From: Nemertoderma westbladi
Taxonomy: Eukaryota > Animalia > Xenacoelomorpha
Direction: 5' to 3'
DNA: 55,323 nt
Assembly (NCBI GenBank): GCA_032718475.1
Contig: JAUCBJ010008990.1
Coordinates: 1-55,323, forward strand
In this document: piece by piece, positions 23,101 through 33,510 of the stretch
Position numbering within the stretch: position 1 is the stretch's first letter
How the letters are laid out: each line of letters starts with the position of its first letter
The notes under the pieces: generated by a model
Databases searched by the model: none
What the model was told of the DNA's origin: nothing
Seen by the model: only the letters and a program-made list of their open reading frames with translations
Position numbers and translations under genes: made by a program

Positions 23101-25754
23101 GACAAGTAGACTCAGACGAGTTTGATGTTTCGCTCATTACTTCTAAGGCTAAGACCATGCCTACTAAGTACATGACGACACCGCGTGCTGAGCTACAAGC
23201 AGCAACTCTGTCAACCACCATTGCAAACCTTATACAGACGGAACTACAGTCAAGTTTACAGATATTTTATTGGACTGAAGCGACGTTAGTTTTATTTTAT
23301 ATAAACAACGACACACTTGAATTTAAGACATTTGTAGCTAATCGTCGTGCAGAAATACTAGACCGTTCAATAAAAGACGATTGGCGACATTGTCCCGGAC
23401 CACAAAACCCAGCTGATATTGCGTCACGAGTAATGAAGCCTGAGGAGTTCTGTAAACCGGAGAACAAGAAATTCTGGCAACATGGACCACAATTCTTACA
23501 AAGAGCAACACAACATTGGCCGCCACTATACGATAACAAGTCTAACACTATCCCTAAGGACGCCGAAATTAAAAAGCCAAAGAAAGGGAAAGCAAAGAAA
23601 AAGACGACGGCGAAACTCAAGAAAAAACCAAAGGCGAAATGGAAAAATATAACTTACAAAGTTAAGACAGGAAGACTTGCGAGCCTTTCTACACCAGACG
23701 TATCGCCAGACGGTAAACCAGACACGTTACCAGACGGTCAACCAGACACGTTAGACGGTCAACCAGACATTTTGCCAGACATGTCACTAGACGTTTCGCT
23801 GGATTTTCCGCGAAACATTTTACCAGACATTTTACAAGATGTTCTACCGGACACTAGTAACATACTAACACATAGTAAAGCCGCAGTTTCCCTATTGGAG
23901 CGGCCTTCTATTGACAAAATACCAAATTTGACACTCTTGAGTAACCATAAGCACAGTGAAACCTCATGTATTACAGATGTGGGTAGTACCTACGCAAATG
24001 TAAATACAGGTGTTACTTTACGCTCAAGAGACATACCAACCTTACAACCTATGGTGAAACCTGGGATCGACACACAAAGTACTGACAATCAAGGTAAGAA
24101 GACGAAGAAGGACAAATTACTCGTAGACCCGGACAGATCAACAGTCAACAAGGGAATACCTACCGGCGGACCCGTGGGCCCATCTAGTAAAACAAAACCT
24201 TCAAAATTCATCATTGACTTACCTGATGACGTCATAATTACTTACGTCGACCGTATTGTAAATCTGACAGATTCTTGGACAAATGCGTGCCGAAAATTAG
24301 CGTGGATTGTACGTTTTGTACAATACGTTAAAGGCAAACGCGACTTTACACGTCGACTCACATTGACTGAAATTGACAGATGTGAAATTAAATTAATTCA
24401 CCATTACCAATTGCGATATTTCGCACGCGAATTCACATCCATAAGTCAAGGTCAACCAATCAAGTCGTCACCAATATTGAGTTGGAGTCCGATAATTTAT
24501 AATGGCTTAATTTGTCATAAATCTCGGCTTCAAAACATCGACTTTAATACTGATTTTAGGTACCCAATAATAATACCACAACATCACGAATTACAACGTG
24601 CAATGATACTGGACGCACATTTACATCTGAAACACGCTGGAAGACACCACTGTCTTTCCTACTTACGAACAAGATTTGTATTAATTAGACCCAGTAAAGC
24701 GCTAAGTTCAGTGACGCGCATGTGTATTATTTGTAAAAAGGTACATTCTAGAATAAGTACCAAAGAAATGAGTGAACTTCCACAAGCAAGACTACAGGCA
24801 TTCAGACCACCTTTCACAGAGACTGGAATTGACTGCTTTGGTCCCATACATACGAAACGTGGACGTATACTAGTAAAACGCTGGGGACAGATTTTCACAT
24901 GCATGTCCAGTAGGGCAGTTCATATTGAACGTGTGATGGATCTTTCTACCAACGCTTTTATACTAGCATTGCGGCGATTTATCGCTAGACGCGGACTAGT
25001 AAAATGCTTGTACTCAGACCAAGGTACAAACTTTGTTGGTGCTCGAAATGAAATTGCTAGAGCCTTTAAGAAATTAGATCATGATCAAATCTCAAACGAA
25101 CTACGTCCTTACAAGATTGTTTGGAGGTTTAATCCTCCAGATAGTCCATGGAGAGGCGGAGTCTGGGAGAGATTGATTAGATCTATAAAAACAGCCATGG
25201 CGAAAGTAATTCCAGTAAACCACATCTTGACAGACGACCAACTGACCACATTGTTTGTTGAAATCGAGGCAATACTAAATACTAGACCAATAGTATTAGT
25301 ACCCGATGACAAACAATCCCAGTTTGCTTTAACACCTGCACACCTGCTAATGCAGGCACCGACTTCATTGATGCCTATTTCTATTCCAATAGAAGGCGAT
25401 AGCTACGGTAGAAAAGCGTGGAAAATCACGCAACTACTGGCTAACAAATTCTGGGAAATATGGCAAAATCATTATTTACCCTCTATTTCTGCCAGAACTA
25501 CTTGGTACAACAATACTCGCGCTTTAAGAGCGGGAGATCACGTGCTGTTAGCAGAAGTGAATTTAAAAAGACGCTTCTGGATAACAGGTGTTATTTTAGA
25601 CGCACATCCATCTATGGATGGAGTGACAAGAACTGTGACGGTACGGACAATTGATGGTCGTACAGTAGACAGACCGACCCAACGTCTCGTACTTCTTGAA
25701 GAGACTCGAAACAAGTCTGGAGATTACAAGTCTCCAACTAATGTTAGTAAATAG
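20154..25754 (+). CDS. BEL/Pao gag-pol polyprotein (Zn knuckles, protease, RT, RNase H, integrase)
   Basis: CWRCTQHGHVRKDC and CPSCGRNHDGLLH; AILDSASSHSYV; YYLPHH, DVEAMFHQV, FYVDDGL; LHCFSDAS, TTPRAELQAA, NPADIASR; H..HAG..CIIC, GIDCFGP, YSDQGTNF, GGVWERLI. Confidence 0.95.
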   Translation: MEDVYLLISREAVVETRSNYTDQHIIAEGITLPSTNRQKPQTTSTRMVTYATPTETRQFSDGYNVSAPIGIKQTRQQLNADFSCCQYCERIGKRHTSHKLRGCRLFRELNSEERRLQIRSLDSCWRCTQHGHVRKDCTNTDTCPSCGRNHDGLLHTDSHTPTKRFTREHPEAAAKCNTAYKTRESKTTPTFVTHIRDCFPEQSGSLDEESEDDDAYFNTGDEQPSIALLTPDQLKGFSVIPVKITGTKGSKRIYAILDSASSHSYVDEKVADVVTDLQQGKHVSYTVSSMHGQRTIPVTRVKLNLDTLLPKSQHSEKERSLLPFKDLTFAATKDFSNLLGPVPEQSLEDRKYFRHLGVPECPVNYRSVAMLIGTDQFNLHQVWETRPSVVVAGNAYACRTPIGWYTRAPVRTLDISDEEDDVQSTCSLLTTTSTHSFSNDIDYTTRQNSTKHDKVTSTTCVASTISQREQKPLYKEVSLEIGKETHQAEDPSTIDDNAGRLASLPQPITLSTPVDVDTLRNCQVEQAALDKELTEKTIKWLEQDTAEPGSYEPCMSEQEKQSLKIMEDTIHQTKDGHYEVGMLWRNQRPKLINNYPLALRRLNSIRQRLLKDEKAHLQYNTQMETYLTKGYAIRMTNPEIVTDQTYYLPHHYVRHPDKPDKVRVVNDCAALFEGMSLNTELMDGPNMNNYLMGVIMRFRQRQVAFTCDVEAMFHQVRALERDRDSLRFLWYLDGDLSQPPATYQMQVRVFGARDSPNCTMYALKQTARDQKHKYDPEVIQVVERDFYVDDGLQSCDTVERAITVAHQLRDCLAGGGFNLTKFASNSTELVNSFKTTERGGGDIDLEFEPLPTTKVLGLFWDPNTDNFRVKVRLDAQGDSLTKRSCLSKLSRLFDPLGFISPIILQARIYMRSIWKDGLTWDEPISSEQVDLWKTWEAQLSSLEDYSIPRVYFPLQTTFPDNLELHCFSDASDNGFGVTAYLRRQVDSDEFDVSLITSKAKTMPTKYMTTPRAELQAATLSTTIANLIQTELQSSLQIFYWTEATLVLFYINNDTLEFKTFVANRRAEILDRSIKDDWRHCPGPQNPADIASRVMKPEEFCKPENKKFWQHGPQFLQRATQHWPPLYDNKSNTIPKDAEIKKPKKGKAKKKTTAKLKKKPKAKWKNITYKVKTGRLASLSTPDVSPDGKPDTLPDGQPDTLDGQPDILPDMSLDVSLDFPRNILPDILQDVLPDTSNILTHSKAAVSLLERPSIDKIPNLTLLSNHKHSETSCITDVGSTYANVNTGVTLRSRDIPTLQPMVKPGIDTQSTDNQGKKTKKDKLLVDPDRSTVNKGIPTGGPVGPSSKTKPSKFIIDLPDDVIITYVDRIVNLTDSWTNACRKLAWIVRFVQYVKGKRDFTRRLTLTEIDRCEIKLIHHYQLRYFAREFTSISQGQPIKSSPILSWSPIIYNGLICHKSRLQNIDFNTDFRYPIIIPQHHELQRAMILDAHLHLKHAGRHHCLSYLRTRFVLIRPSKALSSVTRMCIICKKVHSRISTKEMSELPQARLQAFRPPFTETGIDCFGPIHTKRGRILVKRWGQIFTCMSSRAVHIERVMDLSTNAFILALRRFIARRGLVKCLYSDQGTNFVGARNEIARAFKKLDHDQISNELRPYKIVWRFNPPDSPWRGGVWERLIRSIKTAMAKVIPVNHILTDDQLTTLFVEIEAILNTRPIVLVPDDKQSQFALTPAHLLMQAPTSLMPISIPIEGDSYGRKAWKITQLLANKFWEIWQNHYLPSISARTTWYNNTRALRAGDHVLLAEVNLKRRFWITGVILDAHPSMDGVTRTVTVRTIDGRTVDRPTQRLVLLEETRNKSGDYKSPTNVSK

Positions 25755-26419
25755 TGAGGAGTTTACAAATAGATTTCCACGTACCTGTACACTGTAGTAA
25801 AGACAGCGATAGAATTCCATTGTCTTTATATGTGAACATTGAGGGTAGTACCCTTATGTGTCACATAGGAGCGGGATTTGTAGGTATAAGAAATGGAATT
25901 CTACTTGGAACTCACAATATTGAGACATTTTCGAAATTTTAGACAATCCATTTGGATTTGAAAAATTTTAAAATTTTCTCCAGTGAATATATTTCAGGGT
26001 ACAGTCGGGTGGAACTTAAAATTAGAGAAACAAGAGAATGGAAGACTCGCGAGCCTTTCTTAAAATTTAATTAAATTTTACACGGTCTTGTTTCAAAAGT
26101 TACGTCAACAAATAGACTTCCCTATATTTATTACTAACTCTTGACTGCTTATTTTCTGATAATAGTTTGGGATCAAAAAGTGAGTATTTTAGACTCACAG
26201 CCAGTTTAGCCCAAATTCGTTTTTTATTTCGGCAAAAAAAAATTTTAGATAAGAAACAGTGTGTCATTAAAGAAACCCTAGATCTTAGGCTATGGGTAGG
26301 AGGTTAGAGCGTTGTCGAGCCAAAAGGGCAGACGAAAACTCTCACATCTCCTCACAACTAACAATAAACTCTGTTGTATTCCCTCTAGTAGTAATGATTA
26401 TGTAACCATACTTCCAATA

Positions 26420-29400
26420 ATGGCGAAAGGGATACATGGAGAGCCGAGATGAGATGATATCCAAGAGGAAGCAGCAGCTCCATTCAAAAGATTCGGTGCA
26501 AAGGATTACACCATATTCGGAATAAAGGATTTATCAGAAAGTACAGCAAAACTCGCAAAGACTAAATATTACTCGACGGTATTAAAGAGAAGGCAAAATG
26601 CGTTAAGTGAAAGGATCGAAAGTTTACGTAAAACCTTCAACGAACTTTATCCGTACGATGCTTTATGTGATATGGGAGATATCAGTGAAGACCCCGATAC
26701 CGAAATTAGTCGTTTGTATCATACCATGCAATACCTGAAGGCACATGAACGTATGCCTGCGGTACGCGATGAATTCGATGGAATGCATCTTTACAGACGA
26801 ACTCGAGGAGACAATAGAGAAACGAAGGAAGCCTTTTCAGTTTACAAACTTTATTATCAATGTGGTGCTTGTATGCGCGAACAACAAAAGGCGATTCCGA
26901 TGCATTTGAATAAGGAAAATCCCGAACCGATATTGGCGAGGTGTTCGAACCATCAACAACTACGCTACCAGGAAGGAGGGTATCCTTTATCTAATCCATA
27001 TCATTCATTTGCTATGTGTGGACCAAAGGCGGGAGAAATTGTCGTTTGTCCACCTAAGATTGTTGAACCCGATGCATTTGAACTTACGCTGGAAGAGGTG
27101 ACTCAGTCAACCCGCGAAAAGAAAGAAGCTCTTAGCCTATACAGAGCCTATAAGGCTTTCGAGAAAGGTGATATGGAAAAATGGGGCGGAAGACTCGCGA
27201 GCCTACCTTACCATTGGACGTTATTCAGAGACTACAGTTTGCATCCCTGGAAAGGACAAGAGAAATGCAACCGCATAGTACTTCGACTACGACACTCAAT
27301 TTCCCTATTAGTGTACCAGTTCGACAAGACACGACGTATGAAATACCTATTGTGGATCATCCGGAAATCATTTCAAACTTAGAGTTTCTTCCTGCAGTTG
27401 TTCTAAGTGATATGGTTAAGATATATGATTTACGTAGACATATTACGCAAAAGGTCGTGCATAATGTTCCGCCTCATATTCAAGACTTTAGGGAACTGGA
27501 TAGAGCTGGCGCTGATATAGCTCCGAGTAACTTAAGAGGATATCTGACCAGAACAATTCGTTTGTGGATCGGAACAGGAACCTTTGAGTCGGATACAGAC
27601 ATCGCTACGAACTGGCAAGGTAAAATCATTCGCTTCGAGGACGAGAAGGACATAGAGAAGATTTGGCAACCTTCGGAAGAATTATTGGACGAATGGAACA
27701 GAACATTTAGATCGTTTCAGGAAAATGGTTACATGTTTTATGACAACGAGGGCGGCAGCCATCAACAGAGTCTGACTTCCAAGACTATACAAATTAGAGC
27801 GGCAGACGGAGTTCTGCACGTTTTCAGTAGACAAAGGAGCGACAAGCGAATGCCGATACCTCCAGGAAATACCAAGCGGCACCATCTCATCACTAATATA
27901 ATAAAGAAGATGGACCAAGCCTGCGATATTGATGCTAGGATGTTACCGAAGATGGTCAGAAATATCATTTTAGATAAAACCGTTGTAAAGATTGGATCAG
28001 GAGTTAGAGAGGATTTAATTAGCGACTTTGCCAGCATGTCGGACAGTGACGACCGATTACCGACACCTTACGTCGACACCCGACCTCTTATACTGTGGTC
28101 CATAGAACAAGGATACTTCCGTGAGTATGATACTCAGAAGACCGGAACTGGATACATTTCCTACCTGATGTTTAATTGGGATTACAAGGAAAGTAAAAGA
28201 ACAAAGTATATCTAAACGTATGGAGAAGGTGATACTCCAGATAAAAACGAGTTTGAATCACAGCTCAAATGGAGAGGATGCGTGTATTGGGCTATTACTT
28301 CACCTCCAAGGGCGGTACTACAATATTATTTAGCGATAGAGTCATCGGTGAATGTTTGCTTGATCGCCGACATTGTGTCTCGGACTCTAAAACGACATCC
28401 ACTTTGCCTCGGAGAAGATCATACATTCTACGCGGAAGGGAGAATTCATACTGACGTGTTTAGACGATTTCTCGAACCCTTCTACAATTCCGACGCTCAG
28501 TGCAACGCCTTTACTCGAGCAGGATTTAGTATATTTCGAGACGTGTATCTTCGCTGTGCGGGATCTCTTATCGAAAGACCATCTATGTTTACAATATTAC
28601 CTTATGAAGGAGAACGTATCGTGGAGGTTATCGACGAATCACGGCAGACGCGCGCGCCTATCGGTCACTTAGGTGATGATTCCGACTTAACGACGACCAT
28701 CGATGATCCTCTAGAGGAACTTCTTGAGATTGAAAGGAACCTCCCGAAGAAATCTCAGATGGAGATTCGTCAACTTGAAGCAACAGATGCTGTAGTTTGC
28801 ATACAACCTTCTGAAACATACCAACCTATTGATCCAGACGATTATGACTATAGTGTGGGAGGAAGCGCTCGACCCATTGGAGATCTCATATATGAGTGAG
28901 TGTGGTACCCTGCCAATACGATGTGTGGTAAATGTGGTGTCGCTGGACATCATTCGACGAAATGCAGTGGAAACACATTACTACGACTCAACTGATTTGT
29001 GGATGGTGTGGAGATCAAGGGTCCCATACATTTTATACTTGCTGGAGATTTATGGCTCAATGCACATATTGCAATATAAAGGGACATTGAGCATCTGAAT
29101 GCCAACTGCGAGACATACCATACGAACACGAATCTGTAAAATTAGTGCGAAAACTGTTTGATGATTGGGAAGATTTGGCTGACGAACATGTATCGGCGCA
29201 AAGAAGACGGTTCCCAATGAGGGCACATCTTGGATTTTGGGCGGTAAACCCTCAAACTATGATGTCGGAAGGATATATCTCCGCTATGCCACAATATGAC
29301 GAACTAATCGAGGTAGTCGATATTTTGCCTCATGATAGTGGATTTAGAGTCGTGCGCGAATATTTGCTACAGATTCATCCCGATAATAAGAATACATGGA

Positions 29401-29855
29401 ACTTCCAGAAAGTCATTAATCGTATCACATATGGTGAATTCGATCGATTCCGAACAGAAAAGCGGAACAAGGGAGCTTGGTTAACCGTCGCATGGGCGTA
29501 CCGAGCCGCATTCTATTACAATCGTATACGAGCGAGCGTATTCGAGGAAGAGGAGATCCTAGAGGCGACCAACATACCAGCTACTCCGGTTGCGCCGTCT
29601 GCACGCCACCCTCGAGAGGACGGACAGAATAGGATTATAAGGGTTCAGAAAGTGAGCCAACAACTAAAGAAAACTATAAATGTTGAAGAACGAAGGGGAT
29701 ATGAACCGACTATTCGAGTTACTCGGGATATGGTATCACTTCCCAGAGAACCGCAAGGAGGATTAGGCCGCTTCCCGCGCGTTCCCAGACGTTTTGCCAA
29801 CAGTGGATACAACCAGTCGGTCACGAGGAGTCGGACGAGGATTTGGGATTACTAG
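26420..29855 (+). pseudogene. Disrupted accessory ORF of the BEL element: DEDDy-type 3'-5' exonuclease-like domain plus three zinc knuckles
   Basis: FYDNEG (ExoI-like, D 27742, E 27748), TIQIRA, LPKMVRNIILDKTVVKIGSGVRED (ExoII-like), YVDTRPL, W..PP...QYYLAIE (ExoIII-like); knuckles CGKCGVAGHHSTKC 28924-28965, CGWCGDQGSHTFYTC 28998-29042, CTYCNIKGH*ASEC 29061-29102; several in-frame stops and two frameshifts. Confidence 0.72.
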
Positions 29856-30103
29856 AAGGCGAGCTTGTGAGGAAATGGTCGTACCGTCTCCCAACGTCCA
29901 AGGTAAACCAGTGACTCGCCCCATAAGCCCTGTAGTACGAGCCAAGTCGCCTGTACGCAGTTTTCGAGGACGCGGCCGTGCTCAATCCACAAAACGATAA
30001 ATAAAGTGTTATACTTGAAAGGACTAATTATTCCGAACTCGTAAAACTTTTGTAAAGTGGGAAGGAAAGAGTGGACGGAAGACTCGTGAGCCTTTCTTAT
30101 GAT

Positions 30104-30330
30104 TAAATTTATGCAATTTATATTGTTCTAAATTTATGCAATTTATATTGTTCTAAATTTATGCAATTTATATTGTTCTAAGTTTATGCAATTTATATTG
30201 TTCTAAATTTATGTATTTTGTATTGTTCCAATTTTATGAAATTTAGAAAGTTTTATATTTAGAAGGAATTTTATATTTAGAAGGAATTTATATTTAGAAA
30301 GATTTACATTTAGAAAGTGTTATATTTGTA
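30104..30330 (+). repeat. AT-rich tandem repeats in the BEL 3' UTR (25-bp x ~5.5, then ~19-bp units)
   Basis: TAAATTTATGCAATTTATATTGTTC at 30104, 30129, 30154, 30179, 30204; then TTTTATATTTAGAAGGAAT-like units. Confidence 0.85.
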
Positions 30331-30790
30331 GTCATTCCAAACTTTCGCAATTTATTGTTTCGAATATTATGCAATTTATATTTTATAAAGAAGCAGTACT
30401 TGTATTCGCAGTAAATAGAAGGCAAGAGCAGACGGAAGACTTGTGAGCCTTTCTTGTGATTTCATTTGAAATTATTCCGAACTTATGCAATTTGTTTTAT
30501 ATTTAAGTAGCATTTGTACTTGTGATTGTTTGAGTTTATGCAATATTTGAGATGCAATAGATTTATATTGGTGAATTTAATTTAGATTTATATTGTACTT
30601 ACTTAATAAAGCCTTAAATACGTAAAGTTTGAATTTGTAATTATTTTGTATCGAATTATTATGTAAAGGTATTATTGTTAAGATTTAATTTGTAAATATG
30701 TAAGTACGTCCCAAGTATTCCATAATTTGATTTAGTATTGGTGAAAACCGTATATTTTATGCACGATAATATCCTGTTTTCATGGAGCGG

Positions 30791-32692
30791 TATAGAATTA
30801 TATTATCATAAATGCAGTGGATTTTCAAAATTTTATTTTGTTCGAATTAACTTGCTATAAAGATTACATTAAGTCCTCATTTGCATTTACTATATCTATT
30901 TGTATAACATTGTTTAAGTGGTTCAGTAGCTCAGTCGGTTATGCATTAGAAAATCGTTTAGTAGGTGTCGAGTTCGAATCCTAGCAAGTGTGAATTATTT
31001 TTTGTGCTAAGTTTCAACTCATTTGAATTGACCGCTACGATTTAATTGTATCTGCTTAAGGTAGATTAACCAATGCGATTGCAGTTATTAGATAGCAACC
31101 AATGTCGTGCAAGATACGTGTTTGCTGGACCAATGATTATATTTAAAAACCTAGTAGAACTCATAGAACAATCTAGATTTATCTAGATTGTTAGCAGCAC
31201 AAATTTGCTATAAAAGGTGCGATTTTGTTCATTAGTTATTAGATATTATTAGATAGTAACCAATTTAGATAGCGACATTATTTCTTACACACTTAGTATA
31301 ACCTTAATCTTCTTGTTACATTTATTGTATATTAGTTATTGTTTATTTGTAATAAAGTTAGAAAGTATTTGTTACATCTGCTTTTACTATGTTTCACCAT
31401 GGTGAACACCGCTGAAAGACAGATGGCAGGCTAGACATCGGATCGCGGCAATAGACGGGAATATCGGAGGAATGTAGAAAGGAGACAACCCGCAATACCC
31501 ATTCTTAGTTATTCGCCCATCGCCTGAAAGGTTAGACAGCGTTCGATGCCTCGTTACCTAAGCGTAAGACCTAAGATCGAAGGTAGAGGTACTGACACGC
31601 TGTGCGCTAAAAATTACATTTAGGGACTGTACTGTCTTAATTCAGAAAAACCCGCAGTAGACCTTCACATTCCTACGGGAGGAGATCAGGCAGAGAGATA
31701 CTAGTACACAGATAGGACACAGGCACACCAGTACAAGGCATACACATTAGTAGAGTGCAGCAAACTGTACGCCTAACTCATTTGCTAAGTATAGGTGCGT
31801 CGGTGGCCCGTTTGTAGTACAACGGTGTCCATTTGCATTAGAACTTGTAGGCCAGGAAGGGTTACTGTGTTTTTACCTGAATTGAGATTGTACCGTTCAG
31901 GCGGTAGGGCAGTTTACTGCTAGGCGCATATAAATTGAGGCTATTAGGGATACTAACATCTACCGTGTCCCCGCCGACATTCTGATAGGAAGTTGCCGTG
32001 CCCACCTAGGCAACCAAAATTATAGATAGGACGCCAGGCTAGCTATTTTGTAACTGTACGCCTACTGTAGTAAACTAACACATTTCTTCTTAGTATTAGG
32101 GACCTGGTAAATTAAATTGCCGAATTCTGGGCGTAGTATTAACCTTATGCCTGAATTTGAGTCCTGGAAATACACAAAAGGGGAAGGAGCCTTATAATTC
32201 GTGAGTATTGGACCTACAAGCTACAAAATTAGAATATTTGTAAAATGTACACCGGACCCAGTAATTATATATGTGAAGGATCTAAAACTGATTTTGACTG
32301 TTAGAATCAAGACACACGCGCGTTAGGAATTATTTACACCTCAAAATATATAAAATAATTTTTGTCCGTACTGCACTTTGCCCGCTAGTTAGACACCTAG
32401 CTAGCGCCTCTATCTCTCACCCACATATAAATCACACCGCGGCAAAGTATACGAGCGCCCTTAGTCCGTCAGTGAGTCAGCCCGATTTTAGGATTCGCTG
32501 CGCGGGATTTTGTTTTATCGAAGTTTGTCCGTTCGTAGACTGTTTTCTGCCTCACCGGTTATAAGAGACCGATACTGCAATAGATTTGCTTACTTAGAGT
32601 TTACTGTTTTGGTGAGAAGGTCGGATTACGTTTTGATTCACAGACTTTACAGTAAGATATTGCAGGGTACTTTGTTACTGTCTCTTCGAATA
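30791..32692 (+). repeat. 3' LTR (1902 bp)
   Basis: Direct repeat of 14448-16350; preceded by a short purine-rich GGAGCGG (PPT-like) and followed by TSD TCTTT. Confidence 0.95.
30920..31003 (+). promoter_or_regulatory. tRNA-like Pol III cassette in the 3' LTR
   Basis: Same A box, B box and T-run as 14578-14661. Confidence 0.65.
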
Positions 32693-33306
32693 TCTTTTGC
32701 TTTTAGTGAGTCAAGATCTGTATAATTATTAAATGGCTTAATATGCATACTACGGTATTAAAATTTACCCGATTTTCCGTTGCTGGTTCGTTGAACCTGG
32801 TCGGCGATCAATTTAGAGTTCATGCATATACAATATAATAAAGTTATATTACTACATTATAGCAATACAGTTTATAATATTTGTAAAATTATGTATAACT
32901 ACATAATTTCTCATTTTAGATAATTAGGTAATATATTTATTATTTATATATTGTCTAGCCAGCATGCTGCTACTACAGTACTAGTGTTAATGATCGGTAA
33001 CCAAATACAGTAGTAGGCCTATAAGTAAAGTATAAATATTCTCAAAATGCTCCTCCAGCTGATTCTTCATTGAGTGAACTGAACATTGTTGTACCGATCC
33101 ACCTCGTAAGTTAATATGAACAGAAATCATTTGAAACTATGGCTGACAGAGTAGCCTATGTGAGCTATGATGGTGATCTCTCACAAGTGTGACTCGTGGA
33201 ATTAAAAGGTTGAATATTATAATTTATAATATTATATTATTATTTATTATTGTGGTTTATTATGTGCAGCTACAACTGTACAGTATATATAAAATTACAT
33301 ATTTAC

Positions 33307-33510
33307 CTGGACATCCTGTCTCACAGTATCCCCAGTTATCTGCATCCGCGACTCCAGTGTATGCTCCACTCGCAGCGCCAGTTACGGTAATAGCACACCA
33401 ATATTTGTCTGCTACAGGTTCATGAAGACATTCATTGTAATCATTTGTATCAACCGTGTCAGCTTTGAATGGAAATACGCAATCATTTCCGCCTTCTGTT
33501 TTACAAATGA
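33307..33510 (-). CDS. Host exon encoding a fibronectin type II (FN2) domain, symmetric phase 1-1
   Basis: Minus strand tttgttacag|...|gtaaat, 204 bp, open: ICKTEGGNDCVFPFKADTVDTNDYNECLHEPVADKYWCAITVTGAASGAYTGVADADNWGYCETGCP (C-x-FPF, Y-x-x-C, WC, WGYC). Confidence 0.85.

Larger units (their letters stand above)
14448..32692 (+). mobile_element. Full-length BEL/Pao LTR retrotransposon with an extra 3' ORF
   Basis: Two ~1.9-kb LTRs, 5-bp TSD TCTTT (14443-14447, 32693-32697), gag-PR-RT-RH-IN order with BEL-type motifs. Confidence 0.95.

Noticed and set aside
26420-29855. Envelope gene in the BEL element
   Set aside because: No signal peptide, fusion peptide or TM anchor seen; exonuclease-like and zinc-knuckle motifs are present instead.
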